Assembly: GCA_047651235.1 (NCBI GenBank)
Contig: CP178758.1
Coordinates: 1,530,001-1,562,000 of the forward strand
Length of the DNA: 32,000 nt
Direction of reading: 5' to 3'
Source of the DNA: Candidatus Electrothrix yaqonensis
Lineage (GTDB): Bacteria > Desulfobacterota > Desulfobulbia > Desulfobulbales > Desulfobulbaceae
The notes under the pieces were generated by a model that did not search any database, was not told where the DNA came from, and was given only the letters and a program-made list of their open reading frames with translations. Positions 8,026 to 15,543 of the stretch are shown one piece after another. A program made the position numbers and the translations under genes. Positions within the stretch are counted from its first letter, which is position 1, and each line of letters starts with the position of its first letter.

Positions 8026-8132
8026 TATAGCTGGAGCAGTATAAACTGAATACAGGATCAGCTATCTGAAAGGCGTGAAGGCAAAACTTATGCCTCTTGT
8101 GGGCATATTCAAATTATGTTGCTCCAGCTATA
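8026..8132 (+). mobile_element. 107-bp IS630-type MITE (copy 3)
   Basis: Identical motif and TIRs. It interrupts the IS630 transposase on its left and abuts the IS701 3' end on its right. Confidence 0.8.
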
Positions 8133-8242
8133 AGACAGCTTTGTAAACGGCATGAAAAGAGGCAAGCTTCGATTGATTTCGCATATGAGAAACAACGGAA
8201 TTGCAAATTATTACCACAGCCTTTGTGAGTGCCAAAGTAGAA
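8133..8242 (+). mobile_element. IS701-family element, terminal 110 bp of the right end (remnant)
   Basis: It matches 16435-16543 of copy C (AGACAGCTT.GT.AACGGCATGAAAAGAGGCAAGCTTCGATTGATTTCGCATATGAG...GTGCCAAAGTAGAA). Confidence 0.8.
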
Positions 8243-8277
8243 TTAATACCCTCTTCATAGGGTAGGTGTTCCAACTG
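8243..8277 (-). repeat. Hairpin repeat copy R3 (3' tail cut by the IS701 end)
   Basis: The sense (minus-strand) sequence is CAGTTGGAACACCTACCCTATGAAGAGGGTATTAA. It starts immediately after the brnA stop codon (8278-8280). Confidence 0.8.
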
Positions 8278-8544
8278 TTAAGATGCCTTTGCCGCCGGGG
8301 AGGAAATTTTAGGCATATTTTGAATGAGCGCACGCAGGACAGCCTTTACGTCCTCGGCAGAAGAAAAGACTTGAGCCACATCCGAGTCAAGCACAACCAC
8401 CACGTTATCCTCGGTAACCCGTTCGGCAAACCGATTGGGGCGTGCCTTGCTGTAATCGAATCTGTACTCAGGTTGCAAGTCATCATGGCTTGAATGATCA
8501 GCTTTTTTCTTCATAATCCCTCTGCTCATGTTTCGTGGCTGCAC
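8278..8544 (-). CDS. brnA: BrnA-like antitoxin (start may be an internal Met, e.g. 8514)
   Basis: Contains PEYRFDYSKARPNRFAERV followed by VVVVLDSDVAQVF...VLRALI, typical of the antitoxins paired with DUF497/BrnT toxins. Confidence 0.65.
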   Translation of the reverse strand: MQPRNMSRGIMKKKADHSSHDDLQPEYRFDYSKARPNRFAERVTEDNVVVVLDSDVAQVFSSAEDVKAVLRALIQNMPKISSPAAKAS

Positions 8545-8770
8545 GCGAACTAATTATTCGAATAACGTCTTGTAACCGCTCAGTATAGCTTACCAGTAGT
8601 AGCCGCCTTTTTACAGATGCAGTGGCTTTCCGGCCTGAAAATATACGAATTATCGCCGTTTCCACGTCAATATGTTTTGCAACAGCAGGAAACTTGCTAC
8701 GACTGTATTTTCTGTAGAAAGGTCTCCGGTGTATGAACTTCCAACCCTGACTCCAATAAATCTTTTTCAT
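8498..8770 (-). CDS. brnT: BrnT-like (DUF497) toxin
   Basis: RRLLLVSYTERLQDVIRIISSRAATKHEQRDY matches the BrnT C-terminal signature, and FYRKYSRSKFPAVAKH aligns with FEWD..K...N..KH. The only plausible Met (8770) lies inside the 3' end of the upstream PIN gene, so the start is uncertain. Confidence 0.6.
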   Translation of the reverse strand: MKKIYWSQGWKFIHRRPFYRKYSRSKFPAVAKHIDVETAIIRIFSGRKATASVKRRLLLVSYTERLQDVIRIISSRAATKHEQRDYEEKS

Positions 8771-9110
8771 TTCTTGTGATAATGATTGAGATATTCTTCT
8801 GTTGAGCGGAATAGGCCTGCACTGCATCTTCAAAGTCCGACATATCAGATTGTAGCGCCCTCATAATCACCTCTTTATCCACCGATGCAACGTCAAAAAA
8901 ACAGAGCAGATCGTCGATAAATGACAATGCGGTCTCTCTTCCTTTTGCCTTACTGGTGATATAATACAAATCTGTAATTGTCGTGGCCGTCATGACCAAT
9001 TGGATTGAATGCTGCTGAGCTTCTTTAAAGAATCTTACGGCGTGTTCGACAAATGGTTCTCTGTTCAAGGCGATATCAAGAATCACATTTGTATCAACCA
9101 GAACCTTCAC
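8697..9110 (-). CDS. vapC: PIN-domain toxin VapC (second copy, unrelated in sequence to the first)
   Basis: A GTG start at 9110 overlaps the antitoxin stop (GTGA). Contains VLVDTNVILD, then DFEDAVQAYSA, then IITRNEKD, the PIN acidic residues. Confidence 0.8.
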   Translation of the reverse strand: MKVLVDTNVILDIALNREPFVEHAVRFFKEAQQHSIQLVMTATTITDLYYITSKAKGRETALSFIDDLLCFFDVASVDKEVIMRALQSDMSDFEDAVQAYSAQQKNISIIITRNEKDLLESGLEVHTPETFLQKIQS

Positions 9111-9337
9111 TTGTATTTTTCCTTTAAATATTGAAGCTTCAAATCGTCTGAGACGGTTCCCCGTAAAAAACCTGTCCACTTTTCCAGGAATTGCTCCATA
9201 CTTCGCTCCTGACTGGTGTTCTCTGCCTGCTTGATGACAACAAAAACCTCAACCTGCCTTTCGGCATATTGAGAAATTTCAGGGAGTTTAATCACTCCAT
9301 TTCTCAATACCGTAGTTTTAAACTTATACGCTTCCAT
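9107..9337 (-). CDS. Small antitoxin, AF2212/DUF104-like partner of the PIN toxin
   Basis: 76 aa. VLRNGVIKLPEISQYAERQVEVFVV resembles the GV.KPLE...LPEG..V.V pattern of DUF104 antitoxins. It is translationally coupled to vapC. Confidence 0.6.
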   Translation of the reverse strand: MEAYKFKTTVLRNGVIKLPEISQYAERQVEVFVVIKQAENTSQERSMEQFLEKWTGFLRGTVSDDLKLQYLKEKYK

Positions 9338-9491
9338 TTTTTCTATCCTTTTCCTGTTGAGCAGAGAAACTCTGCACAGATAACTGCTTGCAGTGAATTA
9401 TCGAAGCTGACAGAAATATTGTACCCGATTTCAGCTGGGGGTGTTCGTTCTGTCTCGGTGGAAACATCAAGGGCAGACACATGGGGCTGCT

Positions 9492-9532
9492 CTACATTAA
9501 AATACCCTCTTCATAGGGTAGGTGCTACGACA
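9492..9532 (-). repeat. Hairpin repeat copy R4
   Basis: The sense (minus-strand) sequence is TGTCGTAGCACCTACCCTATGAAGAGGGTATTTTAATGTAG. It lies 64 nt downstream of the cas6 stop and upstream of the vapBC-2 cassette. Confidence 0.8.
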
Positions 9533-9596
9533 GCGGCCTTGATTTAAACAATAATGGATTCAGCAAATTAAGCAAGTAAAATTTTACCATACAAGC

Positions 9597-10541
9597 TCAC
9601 CGGCACAGCACCTGATACCGCCCAAACCCCTTACTGGCTTGCTTGCCGATATGGAGCCACTGACCAAGCAAGAGAAAAGGCCAGAACAGCTCCGGCTCTG
9701 CAGGCGCAAAATCTACCGTCCCCAGAAATCCCCTGAACTCGACCACCTTGCCCTGTCGCGCTGACCAGCAGGTGGTCTTGTGCGAACGCAGATCAATACT
9801 GATAAGCTCGGATTGCGTAGCACATTCCTTGAGTGCCCGGAAGTCGGCCTCCAGGGGACAACCCATATAAAAATACTGGAGCAGGGAAATGCGCCGAATC
9901 ACCGCCATGATCAGGCGGCTGATCTCAAGCCTTTCCGGGCGAAAGGACTTGTCCGAGGGCAGGTAGGGGGTGAGGAACTGGATGCGCACAGCAGCGGGTG
10001 CAGGCGGCATCGGGATTGGTTCCATCATACTGTCCCGAACCTCCCCCTGCTGCTCCCAAATCAGCCGTTGACCATTGGGCAGCACCTGACTGACCTGAAC
10101 CAGTTCAGCCTTTGCCCTGTCCGATCCAAAGCCCAGCTGCCCTGATTTTGCCATGGCCCGAACCACCGCAGGCAAGCGTTTGCAGGCCGCCCCGGCCAGC
10201 ACCAGCCCGTGGCTGAATTGCCCACCCGGCGAAATATTCGCCTCACCGCATTGCTCACTGTGAAAGATATGGGGCAACGGCACGGTGCCCACCTTGCGCA
10301 TCATCCTGGCTTCTGGCGGCCTGGGGCCTTTGATGAAAAAGGCGAAATCGCATTGATGACAAAGCATGCAGTCGCTACAATCGGCATTCGGGGCGATGCA
10401 GCTCTGCTGATGCAAGGCCAGCCCGAACACACTGCGGCGGAGCGGATCGGAAAATTCCGGCAGGGTCAGGGAGTCACTGGCTGTAAAGGTGAAGCGGTAT
10501 TGGGCGATAATGAGGTTTGGAGCACACCGTACCCCGCTCAT
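9597..10541 (-). CDS. cas6: Cas6-family RAMP endoribonuclease (PF10040/DUF2276-like), solitary
   Basis: 314 aa. Has an N-terminal Cys cluster C-x6-C-x2-C-x2-C-x2-C (CIAPNADCSDCMLCHQC), an internal FLTPY...RRISLL segment, and the C-terminal glycine-rich loop WLHIGKQASKGFGRYQV, characteristic of this Cas6 family. Confidence 0.7.
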   Translation of the reverse strand: MSGVRCAPNLIIAQYRFTFTASDSLTLPEFSDPLRRSVFGLALHQQSCIAPNADCSDCMLCHQCDFAFFIKGPRPPEARMMRKVGTVPLPHIFHSEQCGEANISPGGQFSHGLVLAGAACKRLPAVVRAMAKSGQLGFGSDRAKAELVQVSQVLPNGQRLIWEQQGEVRDSMMEPIPMPPAPAAVRIQFLTPYLPSDKSFRPERLEISRLIMAVIRRISLLQYFYMGCPLEADFRALKECATQSELISIDLRSHKTTCWSARQGKVVEFRGFLGTVDFAPAEPELFWPFLLLGQWLHIGKQASKGFGRYQVLCR

Positions 10542-10843
10542 GCTCTGTCTCTTGTCAGGTTCATGATTTCGTCGGTGCTCATTTTTACCGTTGCTCTGCC
10601 GCGCAGCATGTCAAATTTGACACTCGGCTTGTATGTCTTGCATTTTAATGAGTTATTTTTGTTTTTCAGGGCAGGCAGATCCATGCCTTCGTTTTTATAT
10701 ATCTCAATCCACTCATCGACGATTCCGCAGAGTTCACGAAAAACTTCCTCTTCCTTTTCTCCGTGACAGCAGCGACCTATCCAGCCGGAAACCGAGCCAA
10801 TATAGCATTGATCTTCTTCCGACCACTCAACAAGCTTTATATA
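10538..10843 (-). pseudogene. HicB-like antitoxin-domain ORF lacking its own start, separated from upstream sequence by the IS5-family insertion
   Basis: The minus-frame translation is YIKLVEWSEEDQCYIGSVSGWIGRCCHGEKEEEVFRELCGIVDEWIEIYKNEGMDLPALK, the HicB_lk_antitox pattern (EWSEED.CY...PGC.AHG.T.EEA...W.E...). The stop TGA overlaps the cas6 ATG (ATGA, 10538-10541). There is no in-frame ATG/GTG/TTG before residue 54. Confidence 0.6.
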
Positions 10844-10845
10844 TC

Positions 10846-11878
10846 AGACCTCCTGCAAAACTTGGTGATTTGACAGAAACGGCGGATGCTGATATTTTTT
10901 CGGTCACTTTTTCGATTATCAACCCCGGAGGTCTGAAAATCATGCTCACATTCGAAAAACTCTCCCGCCGCCCTGAAACATTCCGCCGTCTGACCGGTGT
11001 CGATATTGATCTTTTCAACGGAATGACGGAAAAGATCCGCCCTTTATGGGAAGAGCGGAGAGATAATTTTGAAAAGGGCGGGAGAAAGCACAACTTGGAA
11101 GGAGCTGAAAACCACCTTCTCGCCATGCTCCTGCGAAGTCTTCGCTTATCTATTACCGTTGTTACGTGACATATGAGTTCCTCAGTTTTTTCTTCGATTC
11201 CGATGAGACGACGGTGATGCGCGCAGTGAAACGGATGGAAAAAATCGCGGTACGGGTGATTCATATTGAAAAAAAGCGTGAAATCACACGGGAAGATGCG
11301 GAATACCTGATAATCGATGCGACGGAACAGCCGGTTCAGCGCCTGAAGAAAGGACAGAAGAAGTATTACAGCGGAAAGAAGGGAAAACACACGCTCGGAA
11401 CGCAGTTTACCGCCGGTCCCGACGGACGGATTTTTTCGGTTTCGGCGTCGTATCCCGGAAGTGTTCATGATTTCAGGATATATAAGGAACAGAAGGGGCG
11501 GGAGCGTTTTCACGGTATTCCGAAGAAGGCCGACAGCGGATATCAGGGAATCGCGGCATATGACCGGCGCGCCGAAATTCCCTTTAAAAAGCCCCGGAAC
11601 GGTGAACTGACCGCCGAACAGAAGGCATATAATCTTGATTTATCGAAAAAACGTATCAAAGTTGAGCATGTCATAAGAGAGGTGAAGGTATTTAAAATCA
11701 TGTCGGAAACATACCGGAACAGGCTTAAAGGCCATAATATAAAGAAAAATATCATATCCGGCATAGTGAATATGAAGGTTGCGGCACGGAAAATGAAGAA
11801 AGCTGCCTGAAGCGGAAAATTTTGAAAAAGGGAAAAACCTCACCGCCTGAGAAGAACAGGCAGTTCTGCAGGAGGTCT
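10846..11878 (+). mobile_element. IS5-family (DDE_Tnp_4-type) insertion sequence, about 1.03 kb
   Basis: The terminal inverted repeats are AGACCTCCTGCAAAACT (10846-) and AGTTCTGCAGGAGGTCT (-11878). It encodes a two-ORF transposase. Confidence 0.8.
10942..11810 (+). pseudogene. DDE_Tnp_4-type transposase in two frames (10942-11169 and 11166-11810); a -1 shift is needed near 11135-11150
   Basis: OrfA is MLTFEKLSRRPETFRRLTGVDIDLF...GGRKHNL..ENHLLAMLL. OrfB is YYRCYVTYEFLSFFFDSDETTVMRAVKR...LIIDATEQPVQR...SGKKGKHTL..Q......GRIF.VS.SYPGSVHDF..Y. No obvious slippery heptamer lies at the junction, so the gene may be inactivated. Confidence 0.7.
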
Positions 11879-11880
11879 AA

Positions 11881-12144
11881 GGTAGCAGCGATCTTCTCCC
11901 TATCCGGTTCAGGCTTGCGTGCCTGGAGTTCCGCGCCAGCCACCTCATGCTCCAGCTCAGCCCGTACCTCGTTCGGCAGGCCGGGCAGCTCGGTCTTGAG
12001 GGCGGCGATGATTTTGAGCAGATCCTCCACCGGGGCCTGCGGCCCGCCGAGATTAACCTGCTTGCCGATGGCTCCGTCGCCCTGAGCGATGTTCTGATCA
12101 CCGCTGCCGCTGTTAATGGTGGTATTGTTATAGCTGTTTCCCAT
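11881..12144 (-). pseudogene. N-terminal part of an IS-disrupted gene (Asn/Gly-rich segment plus helical segment; function unknown)
   Basis: The ATG at 12144 has a strong RBS (GAGGTG, 6-nt spacer). The translation is MGNSYNNTTINSGSGDQNIAQGDGAIGKQVNLGG...LKTELPGLPNEVRAELEHEVAGAELQARKPEPDREKIAATL, and then the IS begins. Confidence 0.5.
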
Positions 12145-12289
12145 ATCTTCCACCTCACTCCTGTTTTCCTTCTCCGCATAATACACCCGAACAAGCCAAA
12201 AACACGCTTGAGCAAATGCTTCCGCACCAGTATGATGTACAGGTTTACCTGTCTGAATCTACAAACAACTGTACCATAATCTTCCTGCC

Positions 12290-15175
12290 TTGTCAGCAGG
12301 ATACAAAGAGCATATTCCCGTGAGTTCCGAACCAAAATACATCTCCGTGCGCGGAGCACGGATGCATAACCTGAAGAATATCTCCGTCGATCTGCCCCGC
12401 AACCAGCTGGTGGTCTTCACCGGTCTGTCCGGCTCCGGCAAATCCACCCTGGCCTTTGACACCCTCTATGCCGAGGGCCAACGCCGTTACGTGGAATCCC
12501 TGTCCACCTATGCCCGCCAGTTCCTCGGGCAGATGGACAAGCCGGACGTGGACCTGCTGGAGGGCCTGTCACCGGCGGTCTCCATTGAGCAGAAGACCAC
12601 CTCCAAGAATCCGCGCTCCACCGTGGGCACGGTCACCGAGATCTACGATCATCTGCGCCTGCTCTTTGCTCGGGCCGGGCAACCCCATTGCCCGAAATGC
12701 GGCGATCCTATCAGCTCCCAGTCCATTGAGGACATGGTCAATACTCTGCTGAATCGTTCTAAGGGGGCAGAGCGACCGGAGAAGGTCATCCTGCTCTCTC
12801 CGTTGGTGGTTCGCAAAAAGGGCAGTCACGAGCAGATCCTTCAGGAGCTGCGCAAGGACGGCTATGTCCGGGTGCGGGTGGACGGCGAGGTTCGTGCCCT
12901 GAGTGAAGAGATCAAGCTCAACAAGAACACCTTTCACTCCATTGAGGCGGTGGTGGATCGGCTGGTGCTCAAGCCGGGGATTCGCAGGCGGCTGGATGAG
13001 TCGGTGTCCACGGCAGTGGGGCTGAGTGAAGGTACCATGCTGGTCCAGTTCCCGGACAGCGGTGAAGAGGTCCTGTTCTCCGAATCCGCCGCCTGTCATT
13101 CCTGCGGGATCTCGGTGCAGGAGCTGTCCACCCAGTTGTTCTCCTTTAATAATCCCCAGGGAGCCTGTCCAGAATGCAGCGGTCTTGGGGTCAAGCAGGT
13201 CTTTGCCGAGCAGCTCATCGTGCCTGACCCGCGCCTCTCGCTGGAGGAGGGAGCCATTGCCCCGTGGTCGCGGCGCAAGCTGGCTACCCATAATGCCCAA
13301 TGGATTCAGGCTTTGGCAGCCCATTACGGATTTGATCCGGCAATGCCTTTTAACAAGCTCTCTGATGAAGTCCAGCAGGTCTTTCTCTACGGTTCGGGGA
13401 CGCAGCGTATCGAATTCCGCTATAGCCAGGGCAACCGGCGTTTGGTTTCTCAGATCCCCTTTGAGGGCATTATCCCGCGCATGGATCGCCTCTTCCTGGA
13501 AACCACCTCGTCTAGGGTGCGGGAGGAAACAGCCCGTTTCATGAAGGAACAGCCCTGCCCGGTCTGTCATGGGGATCGACTCAAGCCCGAGGCCCTGGCA
13601 GTGCGCGTCGGGGGGCGTAGCATTATTGATCTCACCCGGATGTCCATTGATCACCTTATTGCAGAGCTGCACGGCATGGTGTTCAGCGGGCATTATCAGA
13701 TGATTGCTGAACCTGTGCTCAAGGAGGTGCAGGAGCGGCTGGGTTTCCTGCATGGAGTGGGACTAGGCTATCTTTCTCTGGAGCGCAAGGCCGGGACCCT
13801 GTCTGGCGGCGAGGCCCAGCGGATTCGGCTGGCCTCTCAGATAGGCTCCCGGCTGGCCGGGGTCTTGTACATCCTGGATGAACCCAGCATTGGTCTGCAC
13901 CAGCGCGATAATAATAAGCTGATCAAGACCCTGCTCAGTCTCCGCGATCTTGGCAATACGGTCATCGTGGTGGAGCACGACACCGACACCATTGCAGCGG
14001 CGGATCATATCCTGGATATCGGCCCTGGTGCCGGGGTGCATGGCGGCGAGATCCTCTACTCCGGCCCGGTCCCGGGCCTGCTGGATTGTGCGGACTCCCT
14101 GACCGGCGGCTATCTCTCCGGCAGGCTGTCCATCGCCATTCCGAAGAAACGGCGCAAGATACGCAAGGGAGCCAAGTACGGCCTGACAGTCAAGGGCGCG
14201 ACCATCAATAATCTTTGTGATATGACTGTCCGCTTTCCTCTGGGCGTGATGACCTGCGTCACCGGGGTGTCCGGATCGGGCAAGAGTTCTCTGGTTATGG
14301 AGACCCTGTACAAGGAGGCCCACGCCGTGCTTCAGGACGGCGACAGGCCCAGGCTGCTGCACGGGCTGGAGCATGTTGATAAGGTCATTGATATTGACCA
14401 GAGTCCTATCGGCCGGACACCACGCTCCAATCCTGCCACCTATACCGGGGTGCTTACGCCAATCCGCGAGCTGCTGGCCCGCCTGCCCGAGTCCAGAGCG
14501 CGGGGCTATAAGCTGGGGCGGTTCAGCTTTAACATGAAGGGCGGCCGCTGTGAGGCCTGCGAGGGCGACGGGGTGTTGCGCATTGCCATGCATTTTCTCC
14601 CGGATATCTATGTCACCTGCGAGACCTGCCAGGGCAGACGCTATAACCGGGAGACCCTGGAGATCAAGTATCGGGGCAAGAATATAGCTGACATCCTGGA
14701 GATGACCGTGGAAGAGGCCCTGGATTTTTTCCAGAATATCCCGCCCATCAAGAACCGGCTCCAGACCGTGCTGGACGTGGGGCTGGGCTACATCACCCTG
14801 GGCCAGTCCTCAGTGACCCTGTCCGGGGGCGAGGCCCAGCGGGTCAAGCTGGCTCGTGAACTGAGCAAACGCTCCACCGGCAAGACCCTGTACATTCTGG
14901 ATGAACCTACTACTGGCCTTCATCCGGCGGATATCCAGCACCTGCTGCTGGTGCTCAACCGACTGGTGGACAGCGGCAATACCGTGGTGGTGATTGAGCA
15001 TAACCTGGATGTGATCAAGACGGCGGATCATACTATTGATATCGGCCCGGAAGGCGGGGACGGGGGAGGGCAGGTGGTGGCCTGCGGCACGCCCGAAGCG
15101 GTGGCTGAGGTGCCGGAGTCGTTTACCGGGAGGTTTTTGCAGCAGGTGTTGGGTGAGGGGTTTGGGAAAGCGTAA
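12290..15175 (+). CDS. uvrA: Excinuclease ABC subunit UvrA
   Basis: 961-aa ORF. Has two ABC ATPase modules ([25 protein letters not shown]), LSGGEAQR signatures x2 and zinc-finger Cys pairs (CPKCG, CPECSG, CPVCHG, CEAC..CETCQG). The true start may be the GTG at 12320 rather than the TTG at 12290. Confidence 0.97.
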   Translation: MSAGYKEHIPVSSEPKYISVRGARMHNLKNISVDLPRNQLVVFTGLSGSGKSTLAFDTLYAEGQRRYVESLSTYARQFLGQMDKPDVDLLEGLSPAVSIEQKTTSKNPRSTVGTVTEIYDHLRLLFARAGQPHCPKCGDPISSQSIEDMVNTLLNRSKGAERPEKVILLSPLVVRKKGSHEQILQELRKDGYVRVRVDGEVRALSEEIKLNKNTFHSIEAVVDRLVLKPGIRRRLDESVSTAVGLSEGTMLVQFPDSGEEVLFSESAACHSCGISVQELSTQLFSFNNPQGACPECSGLGVKQVFAEQLIVPDPRLSLEEGAIAPWSRRKLATHNAQWIQALAAHYGFDPAMPFNKLSDEVQQVFLYGSGTQRIEFRYSQGNRRLVSQIPFEGIIPRMDRLFLETTSSRVREETARFMKEQPCPVCHGDRLKPEALAVRVGGRSIIDLTRMSIDHLIAELHGMVFSGHYQMIAEPVLKEVQERLGFLHGVGLGYLSLERKAGTLSGGEAQRIRLASQIGSRLAGVLYILDEPSIGLHQRDNNKLIKTLLSLRDLGNTVIVVEHDTDTIAAADHILDIGPGAGVHGGEILYSGPVPGLLDCADSLTGGYLSGRLSIAIPKKRRKIRKGAKYGLTVKGATINNLCDMTVRFPLGVMTCVTGVSGSGKSSLVMETLYKEAHAVLQDGDRPRLLHGLEHVDKVIDIDQSPIGRTPRSNPATYTGVLTPIRELLARLPESRARGYKLGRFSFNMKGGRCEACEGDGVLRIAMHFLPDIYVTCETCQGRRYNRETLEIKYRGKNIADILEMTVEEALDFFQNIPPIKNRLQTVLDVGLGYITLGQSSVTLSGGEAQRVKLARELSKRSTGKTLYILDEPTTGLHPADIQHLLLVLNRLVDSGNTVVVIEHNLDVIKTADHTIDIGPEGGDGGGQVVACGTPEAVAEVPESFTGRFLQQVLGEGFGKA

Positions 15176-15543
15176 CTCGGCGGGGGTACTTTCCCAAACC
15201 CTATCTTGCCATTTTTGTATAACTATTGTTCTGTCTTTTACCGCTTGCACCGACTTATTGGTTTTGTTCAAACGGTTCAGATTGTGGCTCGCTGCGCTCG
15301 CACAATCTAACCTTATTCGATGGAGTTGTGAAGAATTTTGCGCCTCCGCTGACACCAATTACCGTAGTAATTAATGCCACATAATGCAGAATACGAGTGG
15401 AATGAGCTTGGAAAGTGCGGTGAAAATGCCACGTGACTTATTCAGCCCCTCTCTCTGTTCTTTTAGATCCGTCAGAACAGTTGGAATTCGCTTGGTTCGG
15501 AACTTTATCAATGCGGTTTCCGCATCAGTAAGGTGAAACATAG

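Noticed and set aside
5442-9532. Canonical CRISPR array, or integron attC sites, as an explanation of the R1-R4 repeats
   Set aside because: The repeats are 0.8-1.2 kb apart and separated by complete gene cassettes, not 30-40 bp spacers, so this is not a CRISPR array. I could not find the attC features: the paired R''/L''-L'/R' inverted core sites, the GTTRRRY core, or an integrase gene. The repeats are still reported as a finding with other hypotheses.
10209-11513. ORFs of 185 aa (+, opposite cas6) and 228 aa (-, opposite the IS5-family transposase)
   Set aside because: Both are antisense to ORFs with clear family signatures and have no motifs of their own. The 228-aa ORF's last residues are only of interest because its stop at 10827 marks where the IS-disrupted upstream frame would end.
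12569-14593. Long minus-strand ORFs (394 aa and 276 aa) inside uvrA
   Set aside because: They are entirely antisense to a strongly supported uvrA CDS. Their translations are low-complexity (Gly/Arg/Pro/Leu-rich) with no recognisable motifs. This is the typical shadow-ORF pattern in GC-biased coding sequence.
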